Source of the DNA: Chthoniobacteraceae bacterium
Lineage (GTDB): Bacteria; Verrucomicrobiota; Verrucomicrobiia; Chthoniobacterales; Chthoniobacteraceae
DNA length: 64,000 bases
Direction: 5' to 3'
Assembly (NCBI GenBank): GCA_037190965.1
Contig: JBBCKI010000045.1
Coordinates: forward strand, 24,960 to 88,959
How positions within the stretch are numbered: the first letter of the stretch is position 1; every line of letters starts with the position of its first letter. Positions 52,389 through 62,091 of the stretch are shown piece after piece. The notes under the pieces are model-generated. The model was not told the DNA's origin. It saw only the letters and a list, made by a program, of their open reading frames with translations, and ran no database searches. The translations under genes were made by a program, and so were the position numbers.

Positions 52389-52565
52389 AGGTTATTCTCC
52401 TTGGGGGCGCCTCTCCCGGAGCGGAAGCAGGAACCCGTTTTTCTATTCGTCATCTCCGCTAAGATGAGCGTCGGTTTCCCTCCGCCCATCGCTCCTGATC
52501 ACGCCGCGCTCGCGGCGGCGCGCGGCGGAACCGGCACCCGGAAAAACCGAAGTGCCGATCCTGAG
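52389..52565 (-). promoter_or_regulatory. Candidate structured 5' leader of infC
   Basis: Three hairpins plus a long-range GGAGCG/CGCUCC pairing; G-U pairs favour the - strand. Confidence 0.4.
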
Positions 52566-52687
52566 CATGTAGGCGACTTTGCGCACGGGGGCAAGGGTAT
52601 TTTCAGCCTGAAACCACTCTAAGGGATTCCTTCAGCGATTTTAGGCCGTTTTTCCCGTCTTTTTGCCCCTGAACTGCGAATTTTTCG

Positions 52688-53656
52688 CTATTTCGAAAGC
52701 GCGGCGCGGACGGCGTCGAGTTGCCCGGCGGAACCAAGCTTGTGGTTCTTATGGGCGATGAACTTGGCGTACTCGTCCATGAAGACTTTGCCCGGCGGGC
52801 GGAAGTCAAACTGGTCAGGATGATCGCGGAAAAACTCGCGATGCACGCGGGTCCAGACGAGGCGGCCATCGGTGTCGATGTTGATCTTGGTCACGCCCAG
52901 CTTGGCAGCGGGAAGGTATTCGTCTTCGTTGACCCCGCAGGCACTCGGGTCGAGTGTGCCCCCGGCGGCATTGATGCGGGCGACCTCTTCCTTGGGCACG
53001 CTGGAGCTGCCGTGCATGACGATCGGCGTCGGGGGCAACCCGGCGGCGGCCAGCTTCTCGGCGATCTGCTCGATAACCTCGAAGTGGAGGCTCTGTTGCC
53101 CGCGGAACTTGTAAGCGCCGTGGCTGGTGCCGATGGCGGCGGCGAGCGCGTCGCAACCGGTGCGCTTGATGAATTCGACGGCCTCCTCGGGATTGGTAAG
53201 GCAGGCGTTGCCTTCATCCACGGCGATGTCTTCTTCCACGCCGCCCAACTGGCCAAGCTCGGCCTCCACGGAGATTCCCTTGGCATGGGCTCGCTCAACA
53301 ACGCGGCGGGTGATTGCGATGTTCTCCTCAAACGAGTCGTGCGAAGCGTCGATCATCACGGAGCTGTAGAAGCCCGAGTCGATGCAATCGTAACAGGTTT
53401 CCTCATCGCCGTGATCGAGATGCACCGCGTAAACGGCCTCGGGAAAGATTTCGTCAGCCGCGCGAATCACCGCCTCGAGAACGCGTTTGTCCGAATATTT
53501 GCGGGCTCCCTTGGAGAGCTGGATGATGAAAGGCGCTTTGCTTTCAATACACCCCCGGAAGAGGCCCATCGTCTGCTCGATATTGTTGATGTTGTAGGCC
53601 CCGATGGCGTACTTGCCGTAGGCCAGCTTATAGAGTGCTTCTGTGGTGACGATCAT
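52688..53656 (-). CDS. fba: Fructose-1,6-bisphosphate aldolase class II
   Basis: HLDHG, SSVMIDAS, VEAELG, IGTSHGAYK, VMHGSS, KINIDTD. Confidence 0.95.
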   Translation of the reverse strand: MIVTTEALYKLAYGKYAIGAYNINNIEQTMGLFRGCIESKAPFIIQLSKGARKYSDKRVLEAVIRAADEIFPEAVYAVHLDHGDEETCYDCIDSGFYSSVMIDASHDSFEENIAITRRVVERAHAKGISVEAELGQLGGVEEDIAVDEGNACLTNPEEAVEFIKRTGCDALAAAIGTSHGAYKFRGQQSLHFEVIEQIAEKLAAAGLPPTPIVMHGSSSVPKEEVARINAAGGTLDPSACGVNEDEYLPAAKLGVTKINIDTDGRLVWTRVHREFFRDHPDQFDFRPPGKVFMDEYAKFIAHKNHKLGSAGQLDAVRAALSK

Positions 53657-53726
53657 GAACGCGGAGTATCCAATTCCGCACCGGGCGCGGCAAGACGAAT
53701 TCCGCGCGCAAGGTCATCACTCGCCC

Positions 53727-53771
53727 AGGGAATCGATGATTAAATGGAGCTCTCTTTAATCAGTGGCTCCC
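53727..53771 (+). repeat. Internally deleted copy of the fold-back MITE-like element
   Basis: AGGGAATCGATGATTAAATGGAGC-TCTCTTTAATCAGTGGCTCCC equals the left and right ends of 56807-56965 joined. Confidence 0.75.
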
Positions 53772-54418
53772 AGATACTGCGTGAACCACTCGGCGGCCTC
53801 GTGCGCGACGCGCTCCAAGGTGCCGGGTTCCTCGAAGAGATGCGTGGCGCCGGGGATCAAGCGCAGTTCCCGGAGGCAGGTCATCTGGTCCATCGCGGTG
53901 CGGTTGAGATCAACGACGACGGGATCGAGCTCACCCACCATCAGGAGCGTGGGGCATTTGACCCTCGATAACCAGCCCGACGCGAGATCAGGACGGCCTC
54001 CCCGCGAAACCACCGCGCCGATCTTCTCTCCAAGCTGGGCGGCGGCGACCAGTGCCGCCCCTCCCCCGGTGCTCGCCCCGAAGAAACCCGGCCGCAACCC
54101 ATGCACCGCGTCCACCGTTTCCACCCACCGCGTTGCGCCTACAAGGCGTTCCGCCAAGAGGGGAATATCGAAGCGGAGATGCCGGGTGAAAGAGTCGATC
54201 ACCTCTTCTTCCCGCGTTAATAGATCGAAGACGAGCGTTCCCAATCCCGATTCCCGCAAAATGCGGGCCACGAACTGGTTGCGGGGGCTCAGGCGGCTGC
54301 TGCCGCTCCCATGGGCAAAGAGGACGAGTCCGTGTGCGTTCTGTGGAATCTGGAGTTCCCCTTCGAGCGACACGGCGCCCACGGGCACAATCACTTCATT
54401 CTCGAATTGGACGGCCAT
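53756..54418 (-). CDS. Dienelactone hydrolase-like alpha/beta hydrolase
   Basis: LFAHGSGSSRLSPRN, GASTG, SRGGRPDLA, GATHLFEE; start at MAVQF. Confidence 0.88.
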   Translation of the reverse strand: MAVQFENEVIVPVGAVSLEGELQIPQNAHGLVLFAHGSGSSRLSPRNQFVARILRESGLGTLVFDLLTREEEVIDSFTRHLRFDIPLLAERLVGATRWVETVDAVHGLRPGFFGASTGGGAALVAAAQLGEKIGAVVSRGGRPDLASGWLSRVKCPTLLMVGELDPVVVDLNRTAMDQMTCLRELRLIPGATHLFEEPGTLERVAHEAAEWFTQYLGATD

Positions 54419-54513
54419 GGTATCTAAAACGGAATCGCCCCGCGTTCGCCGCAAGGCTGTTTTGGAGTCAATATCGCCTTGATCGGAGGAAAGTCCACCG
54501 GTGAGGAATTGCC

Positions 54514-55365
54514 TCAACGCCCTGAAGATTTCCCGCCAAGAACGCCTATCCTGGCGGGCTTCCCCTCTTTCCCTCCGACCAAAACCTGCATCCTCCACGC
54601 CTCCGGGCTGCACCCGAATTTGTTTTTGAACGCGCGGGAAAAAGCGCTCGCGCTGGCAAAGCCGCATCGCTCCCCGACGATCTCCAGAGTGATCTCCGGC
54701 TCGGACATCAGGAGCATCGAACGCTGAAACCGGAGCTGGTCGAAAATTTTCTTGGGAGAAGCAGCCATCACCTCCCCAAACATCCGCCGCAAATGCGCGG
54801 GCGAACTCCCCACCGCGCCAGCCACCACCTCCAACGAAGGGTTCTCCTCCATCCTCTCGACGAACCATTGCATCGCCGCGTCCACCCGCTGGCCCGCAAT
54901 GCCTCGCTGGTTGCTTTCCGAGGGCTCGGAAGGGCCGGACGCCTCCAGGATCATCAGGCTCAATTCCATGAGGATGTGCTCGAAACAGATCGCCATTCCC
55001 ACCGAGGGGTGACGCCAATACCGAAACGCCTGCTCGGCCAGTTCGCGCACGCGCGCACACTGTTTGTCGGTAAGCCGGATCTCCAGAAACTCGGAGGATC
55101 GCGCCAGACTCTCCAGCGCGGCGGGGACGAACTGGAAGTGAAACACTACTACCTCGGCGGGGTTCTCTTTTGCCCCCGTCCAGCCGTGCGAATGCTGCGG
55201 AGGGAAAAGCCAGAGCCGCTTGCTTTTCAAGGCATCGGGCCCTTCGGGAAGAAGGACGCTGATGGCTCCCTTGATGACGGCTTGAAACTCCCATTTCGAT
55301 CGACGGAAGACCGCTACCGGCTTTTCGCCATACATTCGCGAGCCTCGACCGAGATACAGCAGCAC
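54514..55365 (-). CDS. AraC family transcriptional regulator
   Basis: SPAHLRRMF and CGFASASAFSRAFK..GCSPEAWR double HTH. Confidence 0.9.
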   Translation of the reverse strand: MLLYLGRGSRMYGEKPVAVFRRSKWEFQAVIKGAISVLLPEGPDALKSKRLWLFPPQHSHGWTGAKENPAEVVVFHFQFVPAALESLARSSEFLEIRLTDKQCARVRELAEQAFRYWRHPSVGMAICFEHILMELSLMILEASGPSEPSESNQRGIAGQRVDAAMQWFVERMEENPSLEVVAGAVGSSPAHLRRMFGEVMAASPKKIFDQLRFQRSMLLMSEPEITLEIVGERCGFASASAFSRAFKNKFGCSPEAWRMQVLVGGKEGKPARIGVLGGKSSGR

Positions 55366-55455
55366 AGGGGAAGCCTGCGCGGATGAGCGAAAATGTCAAG
55401 TGGATGCTCGATAGTGCTATTGGCGGCGTTTCTCTGAATTTTTATCTTCAAAGGC

Positions 55456-56763
55456 ATGAATTCTTCCCTCCCTGCGGACCGGAAACGTTACGTCATCGTT
55501 GGCCTCGGCGGCCGTTCGCGAATGTTCAGCGAGTCTCTTCTGACTACCTATAAGGAAACGGCGGAACTGGCCGCTCTCTGCGACGTCAACCAGAGCCGAA
55601 TGGACTTTCACAACGCGACTTTCAAGACCGACTTCTGCGTTGCCGAGCCGATCCCGACTTACAAGGCGGCAGACTTCGACCGGATGATCGCGGAGATAAA
55701 GCCCGACACGGTGATCGTCACCACGGTAGACCGCACCCATCACGAGTATATTATTCGCGCGCTCGATGACGGGTGCCATGTCATCACGGAAAAACCGATG
55801 ACGACCGATGCCAAAAAGTGCCAGGCCATTCTCGACGCCGTCCAGCGCTCCGGAAAAACCGTCCGCGTCACCTTCAACTACCGCTACGCGCCGACTCGCA
55901 CGACGGTTAAGGATCTCCTGATGAAAAAGGTGATCGGCGACGTGAAGTCCATCCATTTCGAATGGCTGCTGGACACGCAGCACGGCGCGGATTACTTCCG
56001 CCGCTGGCACCGCGACAAGCGCAATTCCGGCGGCCTGATGGTCCACAAATCCACGCATCACTTCGACCTCGTCAACTGGTGGCTGGATAGCTCTCCGGAG
56101 ACTGTCTTCGGCTTCGGCACTCTCGCCTTCTATGGAAAGGCCAACGCGGAGGAGCGCGGCGAATCGCACCCCTACGTGCGCGGCACGGATGACCCCGCCG
56201 CGGCAGGCGACCCGTTTGCCTTGAACCTCAAGGATGGAGCGACCCTCGAGGGGCTTTACTATAGCCCTGAGAAAGAAGACGGCTACCGCCGCGATCAGAA
56301 TGTGTTCGGCGACGGAATCAGCATCGAGGACACCATGAACCTCGTGGTGCGCTACAAGAACGGCGCACAGCTCTCCTACACGCTTACTGCCTACTCACCG
56401 TGGGAAGGCTACCGCATCGCCTTCACCGGCACGAAAGGCCGCATCGAGCTTGAGCAACTGGAGAAATCCTACATCAACGCAGGCGGCGAGATTGGCGAGG
56501 GCGTGAGCCACAGTCACCGGATCACCGTCTTCCCTCATTGGGAAAAACCGTATGTCGTCGAGCCTCCCCCAGCGGTCGGCGGCCATGGCGGCGGCGATCT
56601 CCCGCTGCTGGAAGATATCTTCAGCCCGAACCCGCCTCACGATCCCTATGGCAGGGCGGCAGGTGCCATCGACGGAGCGAGGTCCATCCTGACGGGCATC
56701 GCGGCCAATCAGTCCTTCGCCACGGGGCTCCCCGTGAATGTCGACGACATTCTGAAAGTCTGA
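55456..56763 (+). CDS. Gfo/Idh/MocA family oxidoreductase
   Basis: IVGLGGR, ITEKP, HGADYFRRWH, GGLMVHKSTHHFD, GGHGGGD. Confidence 0.92.
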   Translation: MNSSLPADRKRYVIVGLGGRSRMFSESLLTTYKETAELAALCDVNQSRMDFHNATFKTDFCVAEPIPTYKAADFDRMIAEIKPDTVIVTTVDRTHHEYIIRALDDGCHVITEKPMTTDAKKCQAILDAVQRSGKTVRVTFNYRYAPTRTTVKDLLMKKVIGDVKSIHFEWLLDTQHGADYFRRWHRDKRNSGGLMVHKSTHHFDLVNWWLDSSPETVFGFGTLAFYGKANAEERGESHPYVRGTDDPAAAGDPFALNLKDGATLEGLYYSPEKEDGYRRDQNVFGDGISIEDTMNLVVRYKNGAQLSYTLTAYSPWEGYRIAFTGTKGRIELEQLEKSYINAGGEIGEGVSHSHRITVFPHWEKPYVVEPPPAVGGHGGGDLPLLEDIFSPNPPHDPYGRAAGAIDGARSILTGIAANQSFATGLPVNVDDILKV

Positions 56764-56802
56764 GGCCCGGCGAAAGCGCTTCTTTCGCGCCAAGGGCACA
56801 AA

Positions 56803-56969
56803 GCTCCTAGGGAATCGCTGATTAAATGGAGCATGACGAAAGCGCAGGCAGTTTGGATGGATTTCCAAGCCGATTTTCCGCAGCCTGTCTGAAGATAGGT
56901 GAGGAAAAATCGGGTTGGAAAGACGCCAAAATGACCATAGCTCGCTTTAATCAGTGGTTCCCTAAGAGC
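56803..56969. mobile_element. ~160 bp fold-back MITE-like element with ~30 bp imperfect terminal inverted repeats
   Basis: GCTCCTAGGGAATCGCTGATTAAATGGAGC ... GCTCGCTTTAATCAGTGGTTCCCTAAGAGC; nested inner IR TTTCCAAGCCGATTTTCC/GGAAAAATCGGGTTGGAAA; related ends elsewhere in the window. Confidence 0.65.
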
Positions 56970-57030
56970 GGCTGGAGAGCGAACGCGCACCACCGCTTTT
57001 TGAAAAACCTGGCGGGCCTGGCGCGATATC

Positions 57031-57828
57031 TCACGCCTTGGGCCAGAGATACCAGAGCATGATCGCGCCGACACACATCCGATAGACGGCAAACCCGTTG
57101 AACGTGTGGCTCTGGACAAACCGGATCAACCACTTCACCACAACAAAGGCTACGACGGCGGAAACAACGGTGCCAAGCAACAGCAATCCCCAGTCTTCCT
57201 GCGGCGCGCCGGGTCCGGCGTGCTTCAGCTCGCCGTAAATTTCCAACGCTCCCGCCGCGAGCAGCGTGGGAATCCCAAGCAGAAAAGAAAACTCCGTGGC
57301 GCGGGGCCGGTTCAAGCCAAGAGCCAGCGCGAGGATAATGGTCGTCCCCGAGCGCGAAGCCCCGGGGAAAATCGCCGCGAGCAATTGGGCAAAACCAACG
57401 CCAATCGCGACGGCCCAGGTCACCTCATCGACGAGATTGCGGCCTCTCAGCCAGCGCTCAACCCCGAACATGAGGACGCCTCCCAGGAACGTCGCCCAGG
57501 CGACGGGAAGCGCACTGTCCGGCAGGGTCATCCCGAGCTTTTTCAAGATAACGCCCCCAACGCCCGTGATAAAAAAGGCTACGGTCAGCTTGGCCACGAG
57601 ATCCCGGTTCTCCGGCTCGTGCAGGCCGAAGGCGATTTCCCGCAGCCGCCTGAAGAAAAGAGGGATCAACGCCAGCGCCGCCCCGCACTGGATCACGACG
57701 TTAAAAAGCTCACTCTGAGGAGGCAGCCACTGCTGGGCAAGAAGCAGATGCCCCGTGGAAGAAACCGGGATGAACTCGGTCAACCCTTCTATAATTCCGA
57801 GCAAAACGACAACCAACCAGGGCATCAT
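57031..57828 (-). CDS. uppP: Undecaprenyl-diphosphate phosphatase
   Basis: EGLTEFIPVSSTGH and PGASRSG motifs. Confidence 0.95.
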   Translation of the reverse strand: MMPWLVVVLLGIIEGLTEFIPVSSTGHLLLAQQWLPPQSELFNVVIQCGAALALIPLFFRRLREIAFGLHEPENRDLVAKLTVAFFITGVGGVILKKLGMTLPDSALPVAWATFLGGVLMFGVERWLRGRNLVDEVTWAVAIGVGFAQLLAAIFPGASRSGTTIILALALGLNRPRATEFSFLLGIPTLLAAGALEIYGELKHAGPGAPQEDWGLLLLGTVVSAVVAFVVVKWLIRFVQSHTFNGFAVYRMCVGAIMLWYLWPKA

Positions 57829-57920
57829 AATGAGAGCAGCAAAAAAAGAATGGGAACAGGGAGGTTAAACGCTGCCAACCAGGGGCGTTCTCCAGACGCA
57901 AGCGCGCCTGAATCGACAAA

Positions 57921-58959
<1,039 letters not shown>

Positions 58960-58981
58960 TTGGCAGCGGTTGATGATCGTG

Positions 58982-59593
58982 TCACTCGACGACGATTGGA
59001 GCGCCGCCACTGACACCCAACTCCTCCAACAACTCATCGAGCTGCTTGATCCCGCCGTCGGTACGGATGAGCAGGTTTCCGCTTCCATGAAGCGACCCGA
59101 TCTCGATCAACCATGGCATCCCGGACGTATTCCGAGGCATCATCGGTCGCTCGTCAAACTCGGTCGGAATATAATGAATTTTGGGATATTCCGTAAACTG
59201 AGAAGGATCTTCGTCATGCCTCCGCGATAGACTTGGGCATGTCCACACCTTGGCTGTCGCGCCGTAAGGCTCCATCGTCTCAAGCCAGAATTGCTCAATT
59301 CTGTGGCGCTGTTGCTCCGCCGGGGTTTGGGCAATATCTTCAGGAAACTGAGGCCAATGCCCTCGATCCGTCAGGTAACTACTGAACGAAACGTGCAGCG
59401 AGCGCAGATTCCCCAAACAAACCGCCTTTTCAGCGCGGGCACGCATGTTCTTGAACGCCGGGAATATAAGCGTCCCAAAAAGCCCGATCATCGCCATGAC
59501 GATCAACAATTCCGTAAGAGTAAACCCTGGCCTTTTAAAGCCAGGGTTTCTCAAAATGCTAAAAGTGGATTTGTGTTTCGTCAAAACGAACAC
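58982..59593 (-). CDS. Prepilin-type N-terminal cleavage/methylation domain protein
   Basis: G|FTLTELLIV motif, C..NLR, CPS and a C-terminal H-x-GNL..DG motif. Confidence 0.85.
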   Translation of the reverse strand: MFVLTKHKSTFSILRNPGFKRPGFTLTELLIVMAMIGLFGTLIFPAFKNMRARAEKAVCLGNLRSLHVSFSSYLTDRGHWPQFPEDIAQTPAEQQRHRIEQFWLETMEPYGATAKVWTCPSLSRRHDEDPSQFTEYPKIHYIPTEFDERPMMPRNTSGMPWLIEIGSLHGSGNLLIRTDGGIKQLDELLEELGVSGGAPIVVE

Positions 59594-60381
59594 TAATTAT
59601 TACTAGCGGGAACGATCGAGGGCCGGTAAGTCGGGAGCTCCCCGAGGATATACGGATTGGAAGTCGATGTCCTGACTCCCGAGACGCGCACATCGACATC
59701 CGTGGTCTTGGTTTTCACCCAAACGCTGAGCGGCGTATCAATATCATTGCCGCCCATGGAATCCCAGCCATCCGACTGAGTTACCTGAAGTTTTCCGCTT
59801 CCCGAGAATTCGAGCGAAGGGAAGGTCCGAACAAACTTTGCATCGAAACTTCCGCTAATCTGCACGACGTTGTCGTATGTGAACGAGAGATCCTCGTAAG
59901 TGATATGACCTGGAATGGGGGGATGCACAGTACCATCTCCGTCCGTCCATTCTGGTGTGGTATACGACCAGGAAACGATCTTGGGAATCACCACACTCTG
60001 CTGATCGATGAGTTGCGAGCCATCGATGGTCCCTGCGAGCTTGCGACTGGGAAAGTTGGAAACTGCTGAAACCTGAGCCACAACCATGCCGGTCGAGCCC
60101 TGATTGGATGTCGTGTCTTCTTTCGGAACAAAAATGATCGCCCGCCCCGTGTTCCCGAACACACCGATGTTGGTGTCGTAAGAACCCTTCCCAGAGCTGG
60201 AAGAATCAGTGGTCCCGAAGATCATGACGCCCGACAGATTCTTTCCGGAAATGACGCCCTGGTAAGTCCCGTTCGTCTCGCGTCCGAAAAACATATTGTT
60301 ATCGAATGGTCCACCGACCCAGGCAAATGCCGATGAGGCCAGGAGCGATGAGGAAATCAAGGAGAGGGCGATACGCTTCAT
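59593..60381 (-). CDS. Secreted hypothetical protein
   Basis: Signal peptide ending SAFA; Ser/Thr/Gly-rich beta-type sequence; stop overlaps the prepilin gene start. Confidence 0.75.
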   Translation of the reverse strand: MKRIALSLISSSLLASSAFAWVGGPFDNNMFFGRETNGTYQGVISGKNLSGVMIFGTTDSSSSGKGSYDTNIGVFGNTGRAIIFVPKEDTTSNQGSTGMVVAQVSAVSNFPSRKLAGTIDGSQLIDQQSVVIPKIVSWSYTTPEWTDGDGTVHPPIPGHITYEDLSFTYDNVVQISGSFDAKFVRTFPSLEFSGSGKLQVTQSDGWDSMGGNDIDTPLSVWVKTKTTDVDVRVSGVRTSTSNPYILGELPTYRPSIVPASNN

Positions 60382-60544
60382 AGAAAATAGGGAGGAATAT
60401 GATGGGATGCTCCCTCGGGTTTATCGGGGATGATTTTTTAAGTCAAACGAAAATCTCTCTTACAAACCGTTCCCAATCAGAAATTTTGACTTTATTCCCG
60501 TTTGCCTGTTTGATGCCCGCCCTCGTTCTTAAAAACCCGCTCCT

Positions 60545-61993
60545 ATGGAAGAAACACACGCCCTTTTTGAAACCCGCCGCCAGAAGATGATCGCGCTGCG
60601 CGACAAAGGGGTTGCGCCCTATGGACAACGCTTCGATGTCAGCGGGGCAATTGCCGATATTCGCGCCCGCTTTGCCGAGGGCAATTCGGAGCGCGTGGCG
60701 GGACGAATCACCGCCCATCGCGACATGGGCAAGAGCCATTTTCTCGATCTGACGGATTCCACGGGCCGCATCCAGATTTTCATCCACGCCAAGGAGGTCG
60801 GACCCGAGGCCTTCGAAATTTTCCAACTGCTCGATCTGGGCGACTTTATCGGGATCGAAGGGGAGGCATTCATCACCAAAACCGGCGAACCGACCATTCG
60901 CGTCAAAAGCCTGACGGTTCTCTCCAAGACATTGCGCCCGATGCCCGACAAGTGGCATGGCCTGGCCGACGTGGAAACCCGTTACCGGCAGCGTTACCTC
61001 GACCTGCTGGCCAACCCCGAGTCCAAGGAGGTCTTTAAGCAACGGATCGCCATCGTGCGTGAAATCCGCCGTTTTCTCGAAGATCGCGGCTTTCTGGAGG
61101 TGGAGACGCCAATGATGCAGCCGGTCCCTGGCGGCGCGGCGGCGGAGCCCTTCAAGACACACCATAACGCGCTCGGGATGGATCTTTACCTCCGCATTGC
61201 GCCGGAGCTTTATCTCAAGCGATTGCTGGTGGGGGGGTTCGACAAGGTCTTCGAAATGAACCGCAACTTCCGCAACGAGGGCATCTCCCGGCGGCACAAC
61301 CCCGAGTTCACGATGCTGGAAGCCTATTGGGCTTACGCCGATTTCGAGCAGATGGCCGACATGGTGGAGGAAATGATCACCCACGTGGCCGAAAAGGTCA
61401 TCGGCACACTGAAGATCGAGCACAAGGACGCCGAGGGGAATGTCGTGCGTATCATCGACCTGACCCGCCCGTGGCGGCGAGCCCCGTACCGGGACCTCAT
61501 CGAAGAGGCCGTACCCGGCTGGTTTGCTCTCACCCCGGAGGGACGTCGCGAGAAATGCCGAGAAATGCGCGTGGAGATCTCCCCGGAGATGGCCGATTTC
61601 GAAGTCACCCAGCACGTTTTCGAGAAACTGGTGGAAGAGAAGACCTTCAATCCGTGCTTTGTCACGCATTGCCCGGCGGAACTCGTCCCTCTGGCCAAGC
61701 AGAATCCGAACGACCCGTCGGTCGTCGACGTTTACGAACTCGTCATCAACGGGCAGGAGATTTCCCCCGGATACTCCGAACTGAACGATCCGATTGTCCA
61801 GCGCGAGCGGTTGGCGCATCAGGCGGGCGAGGAGAAACAGAAGATCGACGAGGATTTCCTCACCTCCCTGGAACACGGGATGCCGCCCGCGGGCGGAATC
61901 GGAATCGGCATCGACCGCCTTGCAATGATGCTGACGGGGGCCGAGTCGATCCGCGACGTGATTCTCTTCCCGCACATGAAAGCGCGGCAGTAG
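60545..61993 (+). CDS. lysS: Lysine--tRNA ligase (class II)
   Basis: RYRQRYLDL, EVETPM, GGAAAEPF, LRIAPELYLKRL, HNPEFTMLE, GIGIDRL. Confidence 0.97.
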   Translation: MEETHALFETRRQKMIALRDKGVAPYGQRFDVSGAIADIRARFAEGNSERVAGRITAHRDMGKSHFLDLTDSTGRIQIFIHAKEVGPEAFEIFQLLDLGDFIGIEGEAFITKTGEPTIRVKSLTVLSKTLRPMPDKWHGLADVETRYRQRYLDLLANPESKEVFKQRIAIVREIRRFLEDRGFLEVETPMMQPVPGGAAAEPFKTHHNALGMDLYLRIAPELYLKRLLVGGFDKVFEMNRNFRNEGISRRHNPEFTMLEAYWAYADFEQMADMVEEMITHVAEKVIGTLKIEHKDAEGNVVRIIDLTRPWRRAPYRDLIEEAVPGWFALTPEGRREKCREMRVEISPEMADFEVTQHVFEKLVEEKTFNPCFVTHCPAELVPLAKQNPNDPSVVDVYELVINGQEISPGYSELNDPIVQRERLAHQAGEEKQKIDEDFLTSLEHGMPPAGGIGIGIDRLAMMLTGAESIRDVILFPHMKARQ

Positions 61994-62015
61994 TTGTCCG
62001 CCGGTGGCGTCGATA

Positions 62016-62043
62016 CCCGCGCTCTCGGCGAGAGCGGGCTACC
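62016..62043 (-). repeat. GTAG-type REP core, solo copy
   Basis: - strand GGTAGCCCGCTCTCGCCGAGAGCGCGGG between convergent lysS and murQ. Confidence 0.85.
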
Positions 62044-62091
62044 TGGCACCCTTGCGCGGCAGCGCCCTTCCTGCAATCTCCCCTCTCCGGT

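Noticed and set aside
53756..55399. 547-aa ORF suggesting a long N-terminal extension of the hydrolase
   Set aside because: The extension overlaps the AraC gene in another frame; the real start is ATG 54418.
56826..57062. 78-aa ORF across the MITE-like element
   Set aside because: It lies in self-complementary repeat DNA, overlaps the uppP end and has no coding features.
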